From Acidimicrobiia bacterium (GTDB taxonomy: Bacteria; Actinomycetota; Acidimicrobiia; IMCC26256; JAENVU01): a DNA stretch of 64,000 bases. The notes under the pieces are model-generated. The model had not been told where the DNA came from and ran no database searches. It saw only the letters and a program-made list of their open reading frames with translations. Of this stretch, positions 1 through 10,041 are shown piece by piece; positions within the stretch are counted from its first letter, which is position 1; the number at the start of each line of letters is the position of its first letter. Where the stretch lies: assembly GCA_025361725.1 (NCBI GenBank), contig JANYJV010000010.1, positions 6,541-70,540 of the forward strand, written 5' to 3'. Position numbers and translations under genes: made by a program.

Positions 1-367
1 TGTCGTTGAAGCCATCCAAGCGGCGGACGTGTTTGGGGACCAGCTTCGGTTCGAACTCGCCCAGCCGGTCGCGTGGGACATTCACGGGGATCGCGCCGGC
101 ATCGGTCAACACCTGCTTCGGTGATGTCCCGTTCCGGTTGTTGCCGCTGCCGTGGCCGCCCGGGTCGCCATGTTCGTATCCGAGGTAGTCGGTCATCTCG
201 GTCTCGAGCGCCCGATTCATGATCCGCGAAGTGAGTTCAGTGAGGACCCCATCCGGGCCGAGGAGCTCGAGGCCCTCACGATCGACCTGGGCCATCAACC
301 GGTCCAAGATCGCGTCGTCGATCACCACATCGTCTGGCATCGGGAAATCACTCTCTGTCGTCTTCAT
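1..367 (-). CDS. IS256-family (mutator-type) transposase, N-terminal part, runs off the window edge
   Basis: Manual minus-strand translation from ATG 367: MKTTESDF...LLGPDGVLTELTSRIMNRALETEMTDYLGYEHGD...NNRNGTSPKQVLTDAGAIPVNVPRDRLGEFEPKLVPKHVRRLDGF; the RNG and VPRDR.G.FEP motifs are typical of IS256. Confidence 0.92.
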   Translation of the reverse strand, partial: MKTTESDFPMPDDVVIDDAILDRLMAQVDREGLELLGPDGVLTELTSRIMNRALETEMTDYLGYEHGDPGGHGSGNNRNGTSPKQVLTDAGAIPVNVPRDRLGEFEPKLVPKHVRRLDGFND

Positions 368-424
368 AGAAGTGTCCTCTCTTAGTTGGTCGGGACACCT
401 CACACAAAGAATCCAACACCCCCC
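1..424 (-). mobile_element. IS256-family element, left end
   Basis: The transposase is preceded by an AGAGGA RBS and a GG-initiated end (GGGGTGTTGGATTCTTTGTGTGAG) at about 424, exactly where the IS4 reading frame breaks off. Confidence 0.75.
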
Positions 425-1206
425 ATCGAAAACTCCTTCGATCTCCCAACGTTGCGCTATGACGACCGGCGTTGCCCGAGGCGCGGAGCTCGGCGAGCCA
501 CGACCCGTCCGCGAGGGTCTCGAGATACCGCGGTTTCATGTTCGACTTCGCGCGCCACAACAGGTCCGCACCAGTCGCGACCGCCCGCCTCCACAACGGA
601 AACCCGCAGAACCCACGATCAGCCAGGACCAACATCCCCGCCTCGAGCCGATCGATCAACTCACGAGCCAACGTGTTCTCACCCGTCGTATAGGCACCCA
701 CGACCGCGTCGAACATCGCATGCGTCCCGCACTCAGCGACCGCGACGAACCTGGCTTGGGGAAACGCAGCCTGCTCACGCTTGCTCACACCCGGCCGCCC
801 GAACCACTCCGCGTTCTCCGGCGTGTCTGTGACATCGAGACTCGTCCCATCGATCGCCACCAGGCGCCGGCCCGCCAACCATCCGCCCGGCGCGCTCGCA
901 ACCGCCAACGGCACCGCGACCGCTTCGAACAACGCGGCGATCGGCTCAGCACCAAGTCGCGCGGGGCCTGGAAGATTCGCAGACTTCGACGGCAACACCA
1001 CCGGCTCTGCGCCCGACACCCACGAGAGCCCGTCGGTCAGCAACCCGAGGACGACTTCGTAGGAACCTTCCGAATGCAACGCCATCCCGATCGCGAAATA
1101 CGCCAGTGTCTGCGCCGGCAACGACCGATGCCCCTGCTCCCTCCGGCCCGCCTCAGCAATCACCGCATCGACAAGCTCCGGCGGAAACCTCCGCATCAAC
1201 ACCCCC
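425..1206 (-). pseudogene. IS4-family transposase remnant (internal deletion/frameshift, truncated by IS256)
   Basis: ORF 348..1319 carries RLVAIDGT, FPQARFVAVAECGTHA and LVLADRGF (first two DDE aspartates); the AQRWEIEGVFD motif appears in another frame at about 425-457 after a deletion. Confidence 0.85.
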
Positions 1207-1443
1207 GAACATCGCCTCTTCAGTTTCATCTCGATCAACTGGCGCGGCAAGCCCCTCACCGACATCCGTACCATCGTCGAGCTCATCGCCGCGACGACCA
1301 CCACGACCGGCCTCACCATCCAATGCGCCTACGACCCAGAGTGGTATCCCAAAGGCGTCAAGATCACCGACGCGCAACTCGCCGCCGTTCCCCTCACACC
1401 CCACGACTGGCACGGCGAATGGAACTACACGCTCACGTCCTGA
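1207..1443 (+). pseudogene. ISAzo13-family transposase, C-terminal fragment
   Basis: Manual translation EHRLFSFISINWRGKPLTDIRTIVELIAATTTTTGLTIQCAYDPEWYPKGVKITD...HDWHGEWNYTL* matches the ISAzo13 C-terminus; no start codon. Confidence 0.85.
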
Positions 1444-1449
1444 ACCGCG

Positions 1450-1990
1450 CAATCAAACGCGCGTCGGGCCCGAAGCATCGCAATACCATCAATCGTCGGT
1501 AAGGCCCCGGGCGTCGGCTCGTTGTAGCAGCGGCGAGCGGTTCGGGCCGGTGACGATGTCAAAGATCGTGCACTTGTTGGCGCCCGCCAGGTCGACGGGG
1601 AGATCGTCGGAGGGCGACATTCCGAGGCGGGTGGCGTTGATCGCGACATCACATCCCGCGGCGACCGCCGGCCCGATCTGTAGAGATCGAGGTCGGGATA
1701 GCGCCGAGCGATTCGCACCGCGAGATCATCGGCAACCCTCGCGGTGCGATTGGAAAGGGTCAGGCTGGCCACCCCACCCGCGGCCAAGGCGAACGCGATC
1801 GCAGAACCTGCACCCCCGCAGCCGCACACCCGCACCGATCGCTTGGGATGTCCAGCGGAATGAGTACGCCCTCGACGCCACGAGCGGCCAGCTCGCCGTT
1901 GAAAAGTGCCGGTACCTTGGCGCGACCGATCGGGTGCCCGACAACGAACAAACACTTGGGTACCACCGCCGACCAGCACTCGACCCGACT
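1450..1990 (-). pseudogene. Shikimate dehydrogenase (AroE-like) remnant, frameshifted
   Basis: Pieces in different frames: VVGHPIGRAKVPALFN; CGCGGAGSAIAFALAAGGVASLTLSNRT (Rossmann fold, NRT motif); DVAINATRLGM. Confidence 0.7.
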
Positions 1991-2149
1991 CCACGACCAC
2001 GATGCCTTCTTCGTCACGACCAGTATCGCTGGGCTCCGGGATCCGAACTCTCCTCAAGGACGCAGCGCGACAAGCCGATTCCCGAGGCCAGGTCTTTTCG
2101 GCCGGCGAGGAGGAATCGTGACCGAGGCAACCCGCGGCCCGCAGGCCCA

Positions 2150-3202
2150 ATGACACCACCGGGCACTGCTCGTCGTGCCGAGGTTTCCGCCGGCCAGTTG
2201 CAAACCCGCCAACCGACCAGGCGGTTGCCTGATGTCGTTGTCTCCGAACGCCTCGTGGAGCGTGCGGTGATGGCGCGGTGGCTGGGAATCTTCTTCGCGT
2301 CGGGAGCCACACTGGCGCTGGTCGGGCTCTTCTTGTCTGACGCGCCGCATCGGCACATCACCGCGACGGCGCTCCTCGCCGCCTCGGGCTATCCGGTCGC
2401 GGCGCTCCTGCTCGTGGATGGTCGACGCCTTCCGATGCCGCTGGTCCAGCTCCTCACCGCGGCCGGCACCCTCATCGTGACATTGGCAATCGTGATCGGA
2501 GAGCAGAGCCGACTCGCGGACGTCTCGCCGGTGTTCTACATGTGGGTGCCGATCTTCGCGTTCACGTACTTCTCGTTCCGCGCCGCGGTGCTCCAAGTCG
2601 CGTGGATCGCCGCGTCCTACGGTGCTGTACTCGGCGGTGAAGCCAGCAGATCGAGCGTCGGCCAGTGGATCGTCGTCGTCGGAGTCGTCGCGGTCACTTC
2701 CGCGGCAGTCCACGGCCTCGTCTCCCAGATCCGCCGACTTGCACGCACCGATCCGCTCACCGGTCTTGCCAACCGGCGCGTCTTCGACGAGCGGCTTCAC
2801 GCGGAGCTCACGCGCGCGCAACGGACTCGGGCTCCACTGTGTATCGCCATCATCGATCTCGACAACTTCAAGCGGATCAACGACGAACTCGGTCACCAAG
2901 CCGGCGACGAGGTGTTGATCCGGCTTGCACCCGCGTGGCTCCCCGAGCTGCGGACCAACGATTGCCTTGCCCGCTACGGCGGCGACGAGTTCGCAGTCGT
3001 CTTGCCGAACAGCACCACCGATGACGCGAACCGCATCATCGAACGGCTCCGCGCGGCCACGCCCGACCTTTCCTTCTCCGTCGGCATCGCGGCGTGCGAA
3101 CCCACGGATGATGAGGACAACCTCGTGACTCGGGCCGACAGTCGCCTCTATCACGTGAAGCGCCACCGACGGGCCAGCCCCGGATCTCCAGATCACTCCT
3201 GA
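2150..3202 (+). CDS. Membrane-bound diguanylate cyclase (GGDEF domain)
   Basis: About 6 hydrophobic segments, then TDPLTGLANRR, IIDLDNFKRINDELGHQAGD, RTND I-site and YGGDEF; start codon uncertain (2150 or later). Confidence 0.9.
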   Translation: MTPPGTARRAEVSAGQLQTRQPTRRLPDVVVSERLVERAVMARWLGIFFASGATLALVGLFLSDAPHRHITATALLAASGYPVAALLLVDGRRLPMPLVQLLTAAGTLIVTLAIVIGEQSRLADVSPVFYMWVPIFAFTYFSFRAAVLQVAWIAASYGAVLGGEASRSSVGQWIVVVGVVAVTSAAVHGLVSQIRRLARTDPLTGLANRRVFDERLHAELTRAQRTRAPLCIAIIDLDNFKRINDELGHQAGDEVLIRLAPAWLPELRTNDCLARYGGDEFAVVLPNSTTDDANRIIERLRAATPDLSFSVGIAACEPTDDEDNLVTRADSRLYHVKRHRRASPGSPDHS

Positions 3203-3395
3203 CCCTCTGCGTGCGGCGGTGGTCACTCATGCCCGCACCGCCGACGCGCCCATGAGGGTGATCGACCCCAGGGTGGCGCCGCGGCCTGGTGCTATCAGAC
3301 GGTACGGCCCCTCATGTTCGTGGGTCCGCGGCGGCTCTCGCGACAGCCTGCATCCAGGTACAGGTCGTCCAATCGGGGGCCCGGCAGAGGAGGGC

Positions 3396-4487
3396 GTGTT
3401 CGAGTTGACGCCGGGCGCTCTCGATCTCGAGCTGTCGGGCGGTGAGCTCGTCGATCTTGGTCCGCACGAGTTGTTGCCAAGCGTCCCCTTCGGTCTCCCC
3501 CGAGGCCTCTCAGGCCGCCTCGCCGGCCGTCTGATGGCGGCCAACCATGAACAGCAACAAGAGCTCGCGCAGCTCGTGGAGCTGCCCGAGCAAGGCTCGC
3601 TCTGTGAGGTGGGTTACGGACCAGGTGTATTGCTCCATTTGCTCCGCACTCGATTTCCCCACGCCACCTTGTGCGGGGCAGATCCGTCGGCGCTGATGCT
3701 GCGCCATGCACTCCGGACTACGGCGGCCGACCCGGGCGACGGCGTGACCGACCTGCGCACTGGCGCCGTCGCGGACCTGCCCTTCGACCACGAAACGTTC
3801 AACGCGACGGTATCGATCAACACCGTGCAGTTCTGGCCAGATCTCCGCACGGGCCTCCGCGAGATCCGCCGCGTGACACGTCCGGGTGGCCAGGTTCTGA
3901 TCGCATGGCACGGCGGAACGGACCCTCGACGCTTCCAGCGCCGCCTGATTCTCGACGAGTCAGAACTCGCCCACATGGCATCGACCATCGAGGCACACCT
4001 CGGCGAGTTCCATCGAACGCGCCTCGCCCAATCAGAGCTCTTCACCGCCGGACTCCCGCGGAGCCTGCCGCCTGATTCGGGCGTGAGTCCATCGCCTCTC
4101 GGTGTCCCGACATCGTCTCGGCAGGCCATCAGGAACGGTGCAGGAGCCGGAGGCGCTTCCGTGTCCCGCCGGTCCAAGCCGCCGAGAAGCCGGGGCGGGA
4201 CTCGAGCGTCGGGGGTCGGGGGTCAGCGGAGCGCGCGGTCGAGGAAGCTGTCGAGCTCGCGGTTGTCGACATCGATGTGGAGGTGTTCGCCGTGGCGCTC
4301 GATATCGAGCGTGGGGCAGAAGAACGGGGCGCCGTCGACGAAAAAGTACGGGGAGCCGATGACGCCGCGGCGGATGCCCTCGGCGCGATCGGCGTCGACC
4401 GCGCCGCGCGCGGTCCTCGCGTCGGGGACGCCGAGGCCGTACCCGGCGGCGATCTCCGCGAGTACTTCCGGTCTACCAATCGCCTGA
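3396..4487 (+). CDS. Class I SAM-dependent methyltransferase with an abnormal read-through C-terminal tail
   Basis: GAGGAGG RBS before GTG 3396; EVGYGPG motif I, DLPF..ETFNA, LREIRRVTRPGG; the folded domain ends near 4060 and the tail overlaps the convergent gene. Confidence 0.75.
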   Translation: MFELTPGALDLELSGGELVDLGPHELLPSVPFGLPRGLSGRLAGRLMAANHEQQQELAQLVELPEQGSLCEVGYGPGVLLHLLRTRFPHATLCGADPSALMLRHALRTTAADPGDGVTDLRTGAVADLPFDHETFNATVSINTVQFWPDLRTGLREIRRVTRPGGQVLIAWHGGTDPRRFQRRLILDESELAHMASTIEAHLGEFHRTRLAQSELFTAGLPRSLPPDSGVSPSPLGVPTSSRQAIRNGAGAGGASVSRRSKPPRSRGGTRASGVGGQRSARSRKLSSSRLSTSMWRCSPWRSISSVGQKNGAPSTKKYGEPMTPRRMPSARSASTAPRAVLASGTPRPYPAAISASTSGLPIA

Positions 4488-4852
4488 CCCCGTTCGAACA
4501 GCGCATCGCGAATCGCGAGGTTGAAACCTTCACCGACCTCGGTTCCGTGCTCGTACGCGAGCGTGGCGGTACCGAGGACCGCGATGGTGGTCGTCGGGAA
4601 CGCCGAAGGGTCGAAGCCGGTGAACAAGTCGGGGGCGACCTGCGCGCGCAGGTCGGCGATCTCCTCGGTGACCTTGTCGGCCGCGAGCGGCTGTCCGTTG
4701 GCCAGTTCCAGCGGCCAGGCATGGACCCGGAGCCGCACGCCATCGGCGCCGGCCCGGTGGCGCCGTTCGATGAAGCGTCGCAGACTGAAGTGCGCGAAGG
4801 GACACGACACGTCAGCGAACACGTCGATGGCCCCGGCGCCGTGGCCGTTCAC
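4223..4852 (-). CDS. DsbA/FrnE-like thioredoxin-fold protein
   Basis: IDVFADVSCPFA N-terminus and GVIGSPYFFVDG cis-Pro motif. Confidence 0.8.
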   Translation of the reverse strand: MNGHGAGAIDVFADVSCPFAHFSLRRFIERRHRAGADGVRLRVHAWPLELANGQPLAADKVTEEIADLRAQVAPDLFTGFDPSAFPTTTIAVLGTATLAYEHGTEVGEGFNLAIRDALFERGQAIGRPEVLAEIAAGYGLGVPDARTARGAVDADRAEGIRRGVIGSPYFFVDGAPFFCPTLDIERHGEHLHIDVDNRELDSFLDRALR

Positions 4853-4907
4853 TCCGCGAGAACCCAACGCCGGCTCCCACACGACGGGCGAGCGGCGGTC
4901 TCGGCCA

Positions 4908-5300
4908 TCAGGCGCCGCGCAACGCGTCGAGGGCTGCTTGGATCCGCACACCGGCCTCCTCGGCGATCGGCGCGAGGTCGGGATTGTCGGGCACCTCGGC
5001 GATGATCTTCGGGTCGAGCGCGTCGACGACGGTGCGTCCCTCTTTGGTGCGGACCACGACGTTGCACGGCAGCAACGTCGCGATCCGAGGGTCGATCTCG
5101 AGCGCGCGGTGCGCGAGCTGAGGGTTGCAGGCGCCCAGGATGATCTGGGGCTCGACGTCGATGCCGAGCTTGTCCTTGAGCGTTTGACGGACGTCGATCT
5201 CGGTGAGGATGCCGAACCCTTGATCCTTCAGCGCGTCCTTGACGCGATCGATGGCGTCGTCAAAGGAGATGTCGAGCTCGATACTGCGGGTGAAATCCAT
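4908..5300 (-). CDS. DUF302-domain protein
   Basis: LKDQGFGILTEIDV, ILGACNPQLAHRAL, LLPCNVVV. Confidence 0.9.
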   Translation of the reverse strand: MDFTRSIELDISFDDAIDRVKDALKDQGFGILTEIDVRQTLKDKLGIDVEPQIILGACNPQLAHRALEIDPRIATLLPCNVVVRTKEGRTVVDALDPKIIAEVPDNPDLAPIAEEAGVRIQAALDALRGA

Positions 5301-5537
5301 ACGGTTCGCCTCGGTGGTGGTTGGCCAGAAGATAGCGGGCAGGACGCGGGAAGCGACGGAGAATCCAACGGCGACGATGGGAAGACGCGCACGCTCGCCA
5401 CTCGGCGGCGATCGCGAGCCGCTCCCCAACCTCCCGGGATCGCCGCCTCGTTCGGTGCCATACCCGGTATGGTACGCCTCGAACCGATCGGGATCGAACG
5501 GAGGTCATGGCCGACTGGCCTCGCTGGTCGGCTGGCG

Positions 5538-6683
5538 ATGATGGCGCGCAGGACAACCTGGTTCCGGGCCGTGCGCCTCGTGTGGTCGCGACCGCGTGGC
5601 ACCGCGAAGCAGTATCGCCGGCGGCGGCGTGAGATCCTGAGCGCGGTCAGCCGCCATGGCCTCGGCGTCCTCGTCGGCCCGCGCAGGTTCGGTCGCCTGG
5701 TCCCGTTCCATTGGGGTCTCCTCGGTCATCAGCGCCGCGCGGTGCCCTACACCCGGGCGGAGCACGTACGCCTCGCGGTCGAGGATCTTGGTCCGACCTT
5801 CATCAAGATCGGCCAGATCGCGTCGACGCGCGGCGATCTGCTCCCCCCCGAATACCAGCGCGAACTCGCGCACCTCCAGGACGCCGCGCCCCCCGAGTCG
5901 CTCGACTTCATCCGTGAGACGATCGAGGCGGAGCTCGGGCGCCCACCGGAGATGATCTTCGAGCACTTCGACGCGGTGCCGCTCGCCGCGGCGTCCATCG
6001 GCCAGGCCCACGCCGCGACGTTGCCCGACGGTACCGAGGTCGTCGTCAAGATCCGCCGCGCCGGCGTCGCCGCCCACGTCGAGCGCGACCTCGAGATCCT
6101 CGGCCAGCTCGCGGAGACCGCCGCTCGCCGCTGGGACCCCGACGGGCAGTACGACATCCCGAGCCTCGCCGCCGAGTTCTGCCAGACGCTGCGCCATGAA
6201 CTCGACTACTGCCGAGAAGCCCAGAACGCCGAGCGCTTCGCCGAGAACTTCGCGGCTGACCACAAGACCATCATCCCCCGCGTGTATCCGGAGTTCTCGA
6301 CGTCGCGGGTTCTCACACTCGAACGGATGCGGGGGATGAACGTCGATGACCTCGCCGTCTTGGAAGCGGCTGGAATCGACTGTTCCGAGCTCTCGCGGCG
6401 TGCCGCGGAAATCACGCTCACGATGGTGTTCGAGCACGGTTTCTTCCATGCCGACCCGCACCCCGGGAACTTGTTCGTGCACGCCGACAGCTCGATCGCG
6501 CTGATCGACTTCGGCATGGTCGGTGTCGTCGACCTTGCGACCCGCAGAGCCCTCGCCGTTGCGCTTCTCGCGACCACGACCGGTAATACGGAGCAGCTCA
6601 TCGACGCGTTCGCAAGCCTGGGTGTCACGAGCCGAAATTTCGAACGCCAGCAACTCGCGACCGACCTCGAATGGTCGCGTTGA
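5538..6683 (+). pseudogene. ABC1/AarF/UbiB atypical kinase, C-terminally truncated at an IS6 remnant
   Basis: LGPTFIKIGQ, PLAAASIGQAH, VVVKI, FFHADPHPGN, LIDFGMVG; the frame ends abruptly at the IS6 junction and the usual C-terminal region is missing. Confidence 0.85.
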
Positions 6684-7300
6684 GTCCACGCATGGGGCGC
6701 AGTCGGGCTTTGAGTCGGCCATGGTCACACTCCACACGGTTGTTCGCATCCTGGGCCGTGTTGTGAAACGCGGCGGGTATGAACCCCTCGATCGCCGCCC
6801 GCAACGCTGGGGTCCGATCCGTGACAACCTCAACTGGTTCACCATGGGTGCGGAGCGCTGTCGCGAAGAACCGTCGCGCGGCTCGGAGATCCCGTCGGGA
6901 TGAGACGAGCACGTCGATGATCTGGCCGTACTGATCGACGGCGCGATACACGTACCGCCACCGACCGGCGACCTTCACGTACGTCTCGTCGACAAACCAA
7001 CGATCGCCGACAATGTGCCGCACGGTCCGGGCGTCGGCGAGGAGCGGTGAATCGTCGCACCCACCGGGTAGACGGTCAAGTGGTCAACCTCGATCCCGCG
7101 CTCGCCGAGCAGTTCGTCGACGTCGCGGTAGGAGAGCCCGTACCGCAGATACCACCGCACCGCGAGAACGATGATCTCCGGTGGGAACCGGAACCCGACA
7201 AATGCTGAACTGGGAACTACGGGAACCGAACGGGAACGACGAGGCATCATCACGCGACGCTCACCGACCGGGCAACCCTCCGCCAAAGCAACAGAGCGCC
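6670..7300 (-). mobile_element. IS6-family element remnant with frameshifted transposase
   Basis: GFRFPPEIIVLAVRWYLRYGLSYRDV in one frame; WFVDETYVKVAGRWRYVYRAVDQYG, VVTD and NNRVECDH in another; IS6-like end CGCTCTGTTGCTTT at about 7298-7285. Confidence 0.88.
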
Positions 7301-7500
7301 CGTGCGGACGGACAGTCAGGCGGTGACCATGCTGCGGCCGCGGTCCCGTCGTCGACGAAACTCGCCGAGGATGGGGCGCGAACATGACCGAACCCGGGGT
7401 GGTGAGGAGTGGCCGGGTTGAGCCAGATGGTGACCGACGCCCGCGTTTGCCACGGCGAACAACGGAGTACCGGATCGGTGGGCCTTGCGCGCTCGCCCTC

Positions 7501-8580
7501 TCAGTACATGGTTTCGAGGAGGGCGACGAGGGAGTCGGCACCTCCGGTCGGGACGTACCCCGTGGCCCGCCCGGCCGCGAGTGTGGCCTCGGCGACGGCT
7601 GGGAAGTCGGACCGGTCTGCGCCCACATCTCGGAGGCGCGTCGGCAGGCCGAGCGACTCGACCAACGTAGTGATGGCGTCCGCACCCGCATCCACGGTCG
7701 GCGCATCGAAGGCCGCCGCAACTAGCACCACACCGCCGGGGTTCTCGGCTTCGAGGTGGCGCATCACCGCAGGCAACGTGATGCCGCTCGTGAGTCCGTG
7801 CGGGACATCCCACCGCGCGCCGATCTGATGACCGAGCGTGTGCGAGAGGTGCACCCGCACGTTCACCACTCCGGCCATGCTCATCCAGCCCGCGATCTGA
7901 GATGACTCGCGCGCGTTGAGATCACTGGGCGCGGCGAGGGTCAGCGGCAGCGTCCGGCGCAGGGTGCGGATCGCTTCGGTCGCGAGCGTGTCTGTCATGG
8001 GATGCGCACGCGGTCCCCACATCGCTTCGCACGCGTGATCGATCGCTTTCATACCGGTGGAGAGCCAGAGTTCCATCGGCGTGTTGAGCGTCACCTCGGG
8101 GTCCAGCACGATCGCGTGTGGCGCCATCCGCGGGTCCACCACGTACGTCTTCACTCCCGCGATGTCACCGGTCATCCCTGATGCAGGGGTCCACTCCCCC
8201 GACGACAGCGTGGTCGGGATGTGAATCTGGGGAATCGCGTCCGTGCCTGATCGGACGGCGACGATCTTGGTGGCGTCGGTGACGCTCGAACCGCCGTACC
8301 CGATCAGCAGATCCGCGCCGGACGTCTGCACCATTGCGATGGCGTCGTCGACGTCGGCGCGCGGCGCATGTGCGCGCATCCGCGCGAACGTCCCGCCGTG
8401 CGCGTCTCCGAGCGCGCGTTCCAATGCAACGATCTGGTCGGTCTGCTCGGCCAGGGTGCGGCCGGTGATGATCAGCACCCGGTGCGCGCCGAGTTCCTCG
8501 ACGATCGCCGGCACGTCGGCCACCGCGCCCGAGCCGTGCACGACCCGGTCGATCGCCGGAAATCGGTACGTTCGGCTCAC
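7501..8580 (-). CDS. Iron-containing alcohol dehydrogenase (maleylacetate reductase-like)
   Basis: GGSSVTDATK, IPTTLS, LDPEVT, metal-ligand motifs DHACE, HLSHTLGH, PHG. Confidence 0.88.
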   Translation of the reverse strand: MSRTYRFPAIDRVVHGSGAVADVPAIVEELGAHRVLIITGRTLAEQTDQIVALERALGDAHGGTFARMRAHAPRADVDDAIAMVQTSGADLLIGYGGSSVTDATKIVAVRSGTDAIPQIHIPTTLSSGEWTPASGMTGDIAGVKTYVVDPRMAPHAIVLDPEVTLNTPMELWLSTGMKAIDHACEAMWGPRAHPMTDTLATEAIRTLRRTLPLTLAAPSDLNARESSQIAGWMSMAGVVNVRVHLSHTLGHQIGARWDVPHGLTSGITLPAVMRHLEAENPGGVVLVAAAFDAPTVDAGADAITTLVESLGLPTRLRDVGADRSDFPAVAEATLAAGRATGYVPTGGADSLVALLETMY

Positions 8581-9989
8581 CGCCACACCGCCAACCGCGC
8601 CTCGATCTGGTCGTCGTCCTCCACTGCGCGTCCGTACTGTGCAACAACGTCCGCCGACCGGCCGGTGGCTCCGGTCCGAGCGAACTGCACCCAATCGTCC
8701 TGCATCTGGGCGGCCAAGCTGGCGGCCAGCGTCGGTTCGGTGTCAGCCCCGGTCCAGCGGCCCCAATCCAGCTGGTCCAGCGTGTCGAACGTGAACGGCA
8801 GGTCGGCCGCGTGGCACGCCCGCAGCGGCAAGCCGTCGGCCCGAGGCGACACCTCCCAGGTGAAGAGGTACCGATACGTCTCGCCGTGATGCGCGTCGGC
8901 CACCGCCACCGCAGGGAGAAGCATCTCGTGGTCGCTCATGATCGCAGCCCAGACGTCCATCGGTTCGTCTCCGACGATCGCTTGGTACGCGCGCACGACC
9001 TCCGACCCGTCGTGTCCGAGATAACGATCGACCCGAGTGCGCATCTGCGTGTCGGCGAGCGTCGACTCCATGAGGAAGAGGCGCATCTCATCGCGTGTCG
9101 TCCCGATCATGAGGTCGACGTCGGCACCGACGCCGGTCGCGAGCGCATCGACCGGTCGAGCGAGCAACAGGGCGTCGTCGACACACGGATGGAACGGCAT
9201 CCGTGCCATCTCCATCATCAGTGGCATCAAGGCCTGACCTTGGGCTTCGATGATGCGTTGCCACGGGACCGCACGCGGATCGTCGCCGTCCAATGCGTCG
9301 CAGTACATCTCGGTGACGCGATCGACCTCGGCACGGGTGCGCGTGTAGTCGGTGGCACCGCTCTGGACGATCGAGTGATGGAACAAACCGGCTGAGCTCG
9401 GCGCGGCCAAGAGGTGGAGCACGGACCCGCCGCCCGCAGACTCGCCGGCGATCGTGACGTTTCCCGGATCGCCGCCGAAGCCGTCGACGTGATCCTGGAT
9501 CCACCGGAGCGCGCACTGTTGGTCCCGGAGCCCGCAGTTGGTGTCGCCGAGGCCGAGGAATCCCAGCGCACCCACCCGGTACCCGACAGTTACGACCACC
9601 ATCTCGCCGCGCGCCGCGAGGCGCGCACCGTCGATCGTCGGATCGCTCGTCGCCCCACTCAAGAACCCGCCGCCGTAGAACCACACGAACACCGGATGCG
9701 GTCCCGGTGTTGCCGGTGTCCACACGTTGAGGAACAGACAGTCCTCGTCCATCGCCGGCGGCGTGGCGTCACCGGGAACCATGCCCATCCCGGGCAACTG
9801 GGGCGCGACGGGTCCGAACGATCGGGCGTCGATCTCGCCGCGGACCTTGTGCGCCACCGGCGCCATGAACCGCTGCGGACCGATCGGCGGTTCGGCGAAC
9901 CGAAGACCCAGATAGGCGTGCACACCTTCGACCGCGGCGGCGCGCCCTCGAACGGTTGCACCATCGAGTTCGACCACCGGTGAGGACAT
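8577..9989 (-). CDS. Type-B carboxylesterase/lipase
   Basis: EDCLFLNVWTP, YGGGF, GESAGG nucleophile elbow, CHAADL. Confidence 0.93.
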   Translation of the reverse strand: MSSPVVELDGATVRGRAAAVEGVHAYLGLRFAEPPIGPQRFMAPVAHKVRGEIDARSFGPVAPQLPGMGMVPGDATPPAMDEDCLFLNVWTPATPGPHPVFVWFYGGGFLSGATSDPTIDGARLAARGEMVVVTVGYRVGALGFLGLGDTNCGLRDQQCALRWIQDHVDGFGGDPGNVTIAGESAGGGSVLHLLAAPSSAGLFHHSIVQSGATDYTRTRAEVDRVTEMYCDALDGDDPRAVPWQRIIEAQGQALMPLMMEMARMPFHPCVDDALLLARPVDALATGVGADVDLMIGTTRDEMRLFLMESTLADTQMRTRVDRYLGHDGSEVVRAYQAIVGDEPMDVWAAIMSDHEMLLPAVAVADAHHGETYRYLFTWEVSPRADGLPLRACHAADLPFTFDTLDQLDWGRWTGADTEPTLAASLAAQMQDDWVQFARTGATGRSADVVAQYGRAVEDDDQIEARLAVWR

Positions 9990-10041
9990 CGGCGCAGGGT
10001 ACCGGTCTCCACCGGCGTGGCGTATCGGCTGCGCGCCTCGC

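Noticed and set aside
1106-2149. Long N-terminal extension of the GGDEF ORF (698 aa)
   Set aside because: It overlaps IS and aroE remnants and is Arg/Pro-rich junk; the real start is at or after 2150.
4521-5537. N-terminal extension of the ABC1 kinase ORF (720 aa)
   Set aside because: It is antisense to the DsbA-like and DUF302 genes.
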